This document shows positions 56,490 to 64,000 of a stretch of 64,000 nucleotides of DNA, piece after piece. Every line of letters begins with the position of its first letter. Within the stretch, counting starts at the first letter, position 1. Made by a program: the position numbers and the translations under genes. The DNA lies in the NCBI GenBank assembly GCA_000004695.1, contig CM000151.3:3552001-3616000 (forward strand). The letters run 5' to 3'. The DNA is from Dictyostelium discoideum. Taxonomy: Eukaryota. Under the pieces are notes generated by a model, which had not been told where the DNA came from, did no database searches, and worked only from the letters and a program-made list of their open reading frames with translations.

Positions 56490-58989
56490 TTGAAAACTAT
56501 TGATAAATTGTATTTATACCTATATTATAGATACTTACTTGATAATGTTACATATAGTTGTGCAGATGATGGTAAGAATTCACTATCTAAAGGTGTTGAA
56601 TAAGAGTTGATAAAGAATCTATATGGAATATGACCAGGTTGGGTATTTGCAGGTATTTTAAATTTAATTTGATACATTGATATTGTTGAATTCCAAGTTG
56701 AAAAGTATAGTGTTGAACTGTTGAAATGGTATTTACTATTCTTTACTAATGTAACTACGTCCATTAACATAAATCCAATTGGTTTTTCATCATTATCCAT
56801 TCTACCTCCATTATATGTAAAATAAACTACATTATCAACTGATTTATTTATTATATCGATAAAATTATTAAAAAATGTAATATTATTAATAAGTAATAAG
56901 TTATTATTATTATTATTATTTTTATTATTATTTTCATAAAATGAATCAATTTTTAAAAGTGGATTAACTGAATAATATTGACCGATTGAATATGTTTCTG
57001 TTTGTCCCAATCTATCGAATACAATAAATTTGTCAATTGGATATCTGTATGTATCTATAACTGCTGCAAATACAATTTCATCACCTATACTTTCACTATC
57101 TATCATTGATTCATATCTTAATGCAATTGTATTGACATCACCAATACCAACAAATGCTTCATATCCATTATCTTTTACCCTAAATTTTAATAAATAATTT
57201 CCTGAAAATAAATGAACCCATTCAAATTTTAAAAGAATTGGTGCATTTACAGTTGGTGCAACTATAATTTTTTTTTTTTTTTTAAAAAAAAAACAGTTTA
57301 TGTTTTAATGATAATAATAATAATAATATAATAAAAATATATATTAATATTAAAAAATTTAAATATTATTATTATTAATTATTATTTTAAATTTATTTAT
57401 AATAAATTATATACATACTTATATTTGAATTAATGTTGATTAGATTTGTTTTATCAACAGTAAAAACTTTTGGTGAACTAATGAGAGCCTTGTATCTCAA
57501 AAATGAAGCGGATACATTATAATTAAAATTATTACCACTTCCAAAACCAAATGGCCATTGAAAATCTTTTGTGAATAAACCAAATGAATAGGTTGTTGTT
57601 AAGAAATTAAATTGATTTGATGTGGTAATTGTAAACATTGATGAATTTAATAAAAAAATACCATCACTATTAAAGTATGTAACAATAAATGGATTTGGAA
57701 CAAAAGGTTCTTTACTAAATTCTAAATAAAATTATAATAATAAAAATTATTATCATTACTATTAAAATTCATTTATAAAGATATATTTTAAAATACTTAC
57801 TTGTAATATTTAAAATTGGTGTTTCATAGATTTTTATTAAAGAATTATTAAACTCTGAATAAATTGATAATTTTGAAGGTGCTGAATTAATAAGTTGACC
57901 TAAATATGTTACAGTTTTGTCATTTTGATATATTGGTGTTATTTGAGAATAGTTGCTAAACCCATTATTAACTTGAATATAAGGTTCATAATCAACACTG
58001 GTTTTATTTATTGTAACTGAATAAAGTGGAGAATTGTCATATCCATATTCAATTATATTTGTGCTTTCACTTGGATAAATTACAACTTTTGAATTGCTTT
58101 CATCAACATTATAATCTAAAAAATAATAAAATTAAACGAGGATTAATTATTTTTTGAAATTTTTAAATAAAAAAAAATAAAAAAATAAAAAAAAAAAATG
58201 AAAAGTGCAAGTTCAAAAAAAAATAAAAAAAAAATACCTACATGAACTAAATGATGATGGAAATTTTACTGTAATATTATTACCATTATTAAATAAAAGT
58301 GAAATTATATTTTCTTTTGTTAAATTTTGAAATTGATAATCAGAAAATGAAAAACTATTTGGAAATGTTGGTTTGACATTGAAAATTCCCCCACTCGAAC
58401 TTAATGATTTTAGTTTATTTTTTAATCCTGTAAATTGAATAATTCCATTCATTCCTGATTTAGATTTTTTAAAATTATTTGTTAATAAAACCTTATAACC
58501 CAAAGAATTAAATTCAATTACTTTTAAAAAAAAAAATTAGCAATTTAAATAATTTTTTAAAATATTAAATTAATTAATTTAATGGGGCAAATACAAACAT
58601 TCACATTTATAAGATATTGAATAATTTTGTTGAATTTTAATACCATCTGAATTTTCATAAGTTGATGTTAATATTAGACTATCATTTCCTAATGGCAAAT
58701 TTAAACCATTAAAAGATGCATATGCATGACCATCTTTAGTTATAAATGATGATGTATCCAAAACAAAAGATTTAGATAATAAAAATGAAAATGAACTTCC
58801 AGAATAATTTATTATATTAACAGTTTGGATAAAAAATTTAAAATTAAAAGAACAAGTTTGTGAATTTGATGAATCAGGATATACTATATACGAATTTGCT
58901 TCTGAAATATCTGTTATGTTCAATGATTGACTATTACAATAATTTAAAAAAATACAATAAAATAAATACAAAACAAAATTTTTATTCAT
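54161..58989 (-). pseudogene. T-family copy T2 (reverse strand): same 6-exon layout as T1 but with an in-frame TAA (54935-54937) where T1 and T3 have CAA
   Basis: Exon 1 is a signal peptide, MNKNFVLYLFYCIFLNYCNSQS (ORF 58579..58989). Exons 2-5 are homologous to T1 at about 30-45% aa identity. Exon 6 is ORFs 54935..56266 plus 54161..54751. The interrupting codon reads ..LRELDFNSN* VNLYTFDKW.. against ..FNSNQVNLYTFDKW.. in both paralogs. The tail is of the alternative type ..SYFIIKKWKDDKFVKTFNRKLKKLS. Intron 5 carries a (TAA)n microsatellite at 56410-56490. Confidence 0.55.
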
Positions 58990-59786
58990 TTTAATTAATT
59001 ATACAAAATGATTTTTAATATTAAAAAAAAAAAAAAAAAAAAATGAAAAAAAAAAAAAATACTAAAAATATTTTTCTATCCAACATTTAACAATATTCAA
59101 ATATTAACAACCCTGGGTCCAATTTTTTTTTTTTTTTTTTTTTTTTTGAGTGCAAATAATCATCGGTCGGAAAAAAAAAATCTTTGGTCGGAAAAATAGA
59201 TATTTTAAAAAAATAAATGGAAATGAAAAGCAAATGTCATGAATTATAATTTTTTAAAAAAACTCAAAAAAAAATTGATTTTTTTTTTTTATTTTTTTTG
59301 TAAGATAAAAACATCATCGTCAAAAGTAATTTAATGCGGAGCTGGCCTCTTTTTTATTTCCTACCCAAAGGGAGGGTCCCTTATTTTTTTGTTTAATTTA
59401 AATAAAAAAAAAAAAAAAAAAAAACTTTATTTTGATCATTTTGAAGTAAAAAAAACGAGGAAGCTAAATTTAGAATTAAAAAAAAAAATTTCATAAAATT
59501 CCTCAATTAAATTTATTATTTGAAGTTAAAAAAATGGTGAAAAGAAAAAAAAAAAGAAAAAAAAAAATTATCGTTCCAAAAATCATGATATTTTTTATTT
59601 TTTTTTTTTTCATTATCACTATTTTTATTTTTTTTTCATTTTTTATTTTTATTTTTATTTTGGATTTGGTTCGATAACCAAACAGAGGTGGTTTTTTTGG
59701 TTTTAATATAAAAAAATAAAAAAAAAATAAATAAATCCATTAAAAAAAAAAAAAAAAAACCAATTTAAAAAGATTAAAAACCTACA

Positions 59787-59823
<37 letters not shown>

Positions 59824-60303
59824 CCAAATCAAAAAAAAAAAAAAAATATCAATTTCATATTAAAAAAAAAAAAATTTAAATGCCAACAGATATTAAAATC
59901 ACAAATAGTTACAATGGAGGATCAACAGTGATAATAATATTCAAATTATATATTCTTTAATTTTTTATAACTCTAATATTTTTTTTTATTATAGCATCTT
60001 CAATTTGATCACAACAAAAAATTCCACCACAATTTTGGTTTCGTGTAATTGATTATAAATTAGAAGGTCAAACTTGGGTAAAAAAAAAAAAAAAAAAAAA
60101 AAAACCGATTTTAATATACAATTAACATCGTTTTTTAAATAAATAGGGAAGTGATCCAAATCTCTCTTTTATATTGGGTAATTTTTAATGTTTTTTTTTT
60201 TTTTTTTTTTTAATTTTTCTTTTTTCTTATTACCCTTTTTTTTAATAAATATAAAAATCAAATAAACAAAAAAAAAAAAATTGAAAATGCTAACAGATAT
60301 AAA

Positions 60304-60698
60304 ATGATAATTAAAAATAATGATGGAGAATCAACAATAAGTGGAAAAGGTAAATTATTTATAATAAATTGAAATAATATATCCAATTTTGTTTATTTAA
60401 ATATTTATTTCAATCCAACATTTAAAAATAATTTTTAGCAATCACATTACCAACTCCAATGATCTTTCCACCACCTCTTTTTATTCGTTTTATTCAATAT
60501 AAAACAGATGGTAAACTTTGGAGTAATGAAAATTTTGAAATCAATAGTGGAAAAGTTGAATGCAATGGAGAAGATTATGAACTTGTTCAATCAAGGTGTA
60601 TAACTCAGAAAATTGATGATGATTCAGAAAATGTAATGGACATTAGAATAATGCCATCTAGACCACTCAATAGAGATTTACCATATTTTAATTAAATT
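60304..60698 (+). CDS. Small (about 100 aa) hypothetical protein, 2 exons (about 60304-60352, 60437-60698). A degenerate tandem copy lies at about 59878-60090
   Basis: Exon 1 reads MIIKNNDGESTISGK with a gtaaat donor. An acceptor tttag precedes (A)ITLPTPMIFPPPLFIRFIQYKTDGKLWSNENFEINSGKVECNGEDYELVQSRCITQKIDDDSENVMDIRIMPSRPLNRDLPYFN (ORF 60459..60695). The upstream copy (MPTDIKITNSYNGGST.. / ..PPQFWFRVIDYKLEGQTW) has lost the donor. Confidence 0.3.
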
Positions 60699-60892
60699 TG
60701 AAAATAATAATTCAAATTTTAATTAAATATGATGATACTATCTATTAATTCCTTAGAAAATGTTTATAAAAATAAAAATAAATTTTAATTACCAAATATT
60801 AGTATATACCCAAGCCATAGTTAGAAAATTGTTTTTGTTGTCCTATTTATTTCTTTTTATTTTAATTTTATTTTAATTTTTTTCATCTTATA

Positions 60893-60958
<66 letters not shown>
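60893..60958. repeat. (ATT)n microsatellite
   Basis: Perfect att run of about 22 units. Confidence 0.9.
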
Positions 60959-61045
60959 TATTATAAAAAGAGAATTTTAGGATTATTAACTAATTTTTTT
61001 TTTTTATTAAAAAGTTGGGACGAAATCAATTATTTATTAAGCCGA

Positions 61046-64000
61046 TCAGTTCATTTTTTGTAATTTGTTTTGTACTTTTCTTTGGAACAAAACCGATTTT
61101 TTGTTTTTCACAACCAAGTAAACAACTGATACAATAACTACAGTGGCAAAAGCAACGGAACCAATAATAATACCAGCGAGTTGAGCACTTGTTAGTTTTG
61201 ATTTATTTGATGTACAAATTGAATTATTATCATTATTTGATACTGGTTTACTATCTACTAATACTGAAAAGTCTGGATCAATAATTATTGATTGTTTATA
61301 GTTTGGTATTGTAATACCAATGAATGATTGTGATACTGATGATGTTTGAACTGAGTTCATTTTTGAATCTAATAATTGATTTTCAATTGAAGATACTTTT
61401 GAATCGATGATTGCTCTTTTAATGAATCTACCATAAAGTGAATGGTCATCAATTTGAATTTTAAAGAAGTTTGAATTATCACCATCGCTTGTATCTCCAA
61501 ATTCTTTTAATGAACAAGTATCTTTGGAAGTTGATGATTCGAATAATGCTGACATTACAAGTTGAAGACTATTTAATTGATTTAAAAATTTATATTCTGT
61601 AATTTCAATTGTATATTTAATACTTGATGGATTCATTGTTATATTATTATTTGCGAATTGAATGATTTTTGTTTGATTGAACCATTCTAAAGTTACAGTA
61701 ATATTAGTTATTAATGGATTTGTTGATTTTGTATCACCACTTTGGATACTTGTAAAGTATTGACTTTTAATATTATTAATTGGTGTATAAATCCATTTAT
61801 CAAATGTATATAAATTAACTTGATTCGAATTAAAATCTAATTCTCTTAATGATACAATTGAAATCAATGATTTGAATAAATAATTTGTACTATTTGATGT
61901 TTGATTATTGTTATCGATAATTGGTAATTCAGTTGATGGCTGTGATGTATTTGTTGATGGTTGTGGTATAATTATAACTTGTGAATTACAATCATTACCA
62001 ATCCAAGGTGGATAACAAATACATCCACTTGGCGAACAAAAACCTTGTTTTGATCCACCACATACTGGTTCACCTAAACATGTTTGTGGTTTATTCGTTG
62101 GTATTGGTGATGATGTAGGTATTGGTGTTTGTGTTGGTGTTGGATCTATAAAATTATAAACTATTGGATTGACAGTGAATTCATTTGATGTGAGTGGTAG
62201 GTCTGAAACTTTGATAATGAATGGTTTATCAGTTGGTTTAATATTTTTAATAAACATTGCACTCCAATAAACTGTAGTTGGTACTATTATTTGATTAAAG
62301 CTTGAGTCTCCTTCATATTTTACATATACTTGTTGCGTTGAATTGAAACATCTACCTGTTATCCATAACTCGCTATCAAATGAATTAAATTTACTGCATT
62401 TTGTGATTTGTATTACTTTATTAAAAGCTATATTATTAATTGTATATATAAAAGATAAATTATTTAGTGATTCGCTTGAATATCCGCTATAATAACCGCC
62501 ATTATTAATGAATCCATAAACACTGAAAATAATATCTGAATTGTATCCAAATCCTATTGGTAAATTGATGGTACATGTATAGGTTGCAGCTGTTTCGTTT
62601 ATTGAAATAATAGATGATACACATTCAAGTGTTTGTGCTTCTATTGTTTGAATGTAAACAATTGGATATTGTTTATCTTTTAAACCACTTTCAATATCTA
62701 CTGCTTCAAAGTTGAATAATAAATATTGAGTACCATCACTATTTTGTCTTAATATTGGTATGAATGAAGTTAAAATTGGTGGTGAACTATCGATACCATC
62801 ATTTTCACCACTACATGTTTTATATACTTTATTTATTGTTGGATCTGATAAATAATTTATAAATACATTTTTAATACCATCTATTCCATTAACTACTGAA
62901 AATTCACCTGAATAACCTTGAGTATCATATAATTTAACTTGTGTGATAATATAATTTTGAGATGCGCATTTACTTGGTAAAGTTATATTAATTTGATAAT
63001 CACCATTAAATTTATCACCTCTTGTTAAATTTTGAGTTGTTAAATGGAATTTATAAGTTGAACTATCCATTTCACCTCTCACTATAATATCACCATAATC
63101 AAAACCATTAATTGGATCATCTATTGTAAATTTCCAACCAAATTCATTTGTTGAATTAACCTTTTCAATATTACTAAATATTGGTCCATATTCATCGAAA
63201 TGTTTAGAAACAACTATTAGTTGTGATGATAAAGGAAACATATCATTTGTTATTGCTCGAAAACCACACCATAAAAAGAAACTGAGTGGACCAGGTCTAG
63301 TGTTTGCAAGAACTGTAAATTTAATTTGATATTTTGAAATTGTTGAATTCCAAGTTGCAAACTTTAAACTATTGAAATCTATATTAGAATCTGTGGTATT
63401 ACTATTTAAAATAAAAAGTGAGAATGAAGCTGAAGGATTACTATGGGTTTGAGTACCATTATAATTGAAATAAATTATATTATCAACTGATTTATTTGCC
63501 ACATCAATATAATTTTTTAAAAATGTAATATTTTCTATTAAAACAGGTAATATTGTTGGAGCTTTATAATCTATAACTGAAAATGGATTAATTGAAAAAT
63601 AACTATTTAAATAATAAACTTGACTCTTTTTAAAAGTTGAATCTCCAATAGATAAAAATTGAAAACCACGCCCTTTAAAATCATAAACAATTTCATATAT
63701 ATTATTTTCAGCATCTACCAATGATTCTTGTCTATATATTCCATTTGCATCATCATCATTAATTTGAATGAAAAGATTATAACCAATCTCTTTATATGTT
63801 GGTTTTATTTTAATTCTTAATAAATGAAATTGTTCAAAAAGGTATATAACTTTACATGATTCTAATTCTAATGGTAGTAATGATGAATTTATTGCTATAT
63901 TTAAAAATATTTTTTAATGTTAGTAATTGTTTTGAGTGTGTGTGTGTTGTTCGGTAGTAGTTTAGAATATTAATGATTTTATATGTGTATATACTTACTA
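61046..64000 (-). CDS. T-family copy T3 (reverse strand), 3' part: fused exon 5+6 (61046 to about 63905) with the upstream exons beyond the window end
   Basis: ORF 61046..63721 is 891 aa. The frame continues to an acceptor aatatag at about 63905 (..ESCKVIYLFEQFHLLRIKIK..). It reads ...SSQLIVVSKHFDEYGPIFSNIEKV... straight through the position where T1 and T2 carry the microsatellite-containing intron 5. The C-terminal 400 aa are near-identical to T1 (same EGF knot, TM and tail VKNKKSVLFQRKVQNKLQKMN). Confidence 0.6.

Overview
This window is AT-rich (roughly 75-80% A+T) eukaryotic nuclear DNA with the hallmarks of a Dictyostelium discoideum-type social amoeba genome: long poly(dA)/(dT) tracts, trinucleotide microsatellites, poly-Asn/Gln/Thr coding tracts, and many short AT-rich introns (about 80-170 nt) with GTAAGT/GTATGT-like donors. 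It is not prokaryotic, and I found no CRISPR, rRNA or convincing tRNA. I infer about 25 protein-coding loci. The recognisable ones are discoidin I (RGD-containing lectin), a 3-exon zinc alcohol dehydrogenase, a GST-like gene with an apparent 1-nt frameshift, and a 3-exon Rab-family GTPase. There is also a same-strand tandem array of three cytochrome P450 genes with non-identical intron sets, a FNIP-repeat protein with RING/TRAF-type zinc fingers, and a CBM20 plus glycerophosphodiester-phosphodiesterase (GDE5-like) gene. Other loci are a roughly 1500-aa propeller/solenoid/RING-H2 protein reminiscent of HOPS/CORVET subunits, two small paralogous proteins of unknown function, and a 3-copy tandem array of a secreted Cys-containing protein (one intact, one pseudogene, one fragment) preceded by GT/G-rich motifs. 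The most unusual region is 45-64 kb. It holds three paralogous, roughly 1400-aa, single-pass surface glycoprotein genes (one forward and intact, one reverse with an in-frame nonsense codon, one reverse running off the window). Their 5' halves are strongly diverged, whereas the 3' about 1.2 kb (EGF-like Cys knot, stalk, TM) is near-identical between copies. That is a gene-conversion or allorecognition-like pattern, and family fragments and a decayed gene lie in the spacer. Internal splice sites were derived by eye, so treat them as approximate (plus or minus 1-3 nt); gene start and stop coordinates rest on the ORF track.
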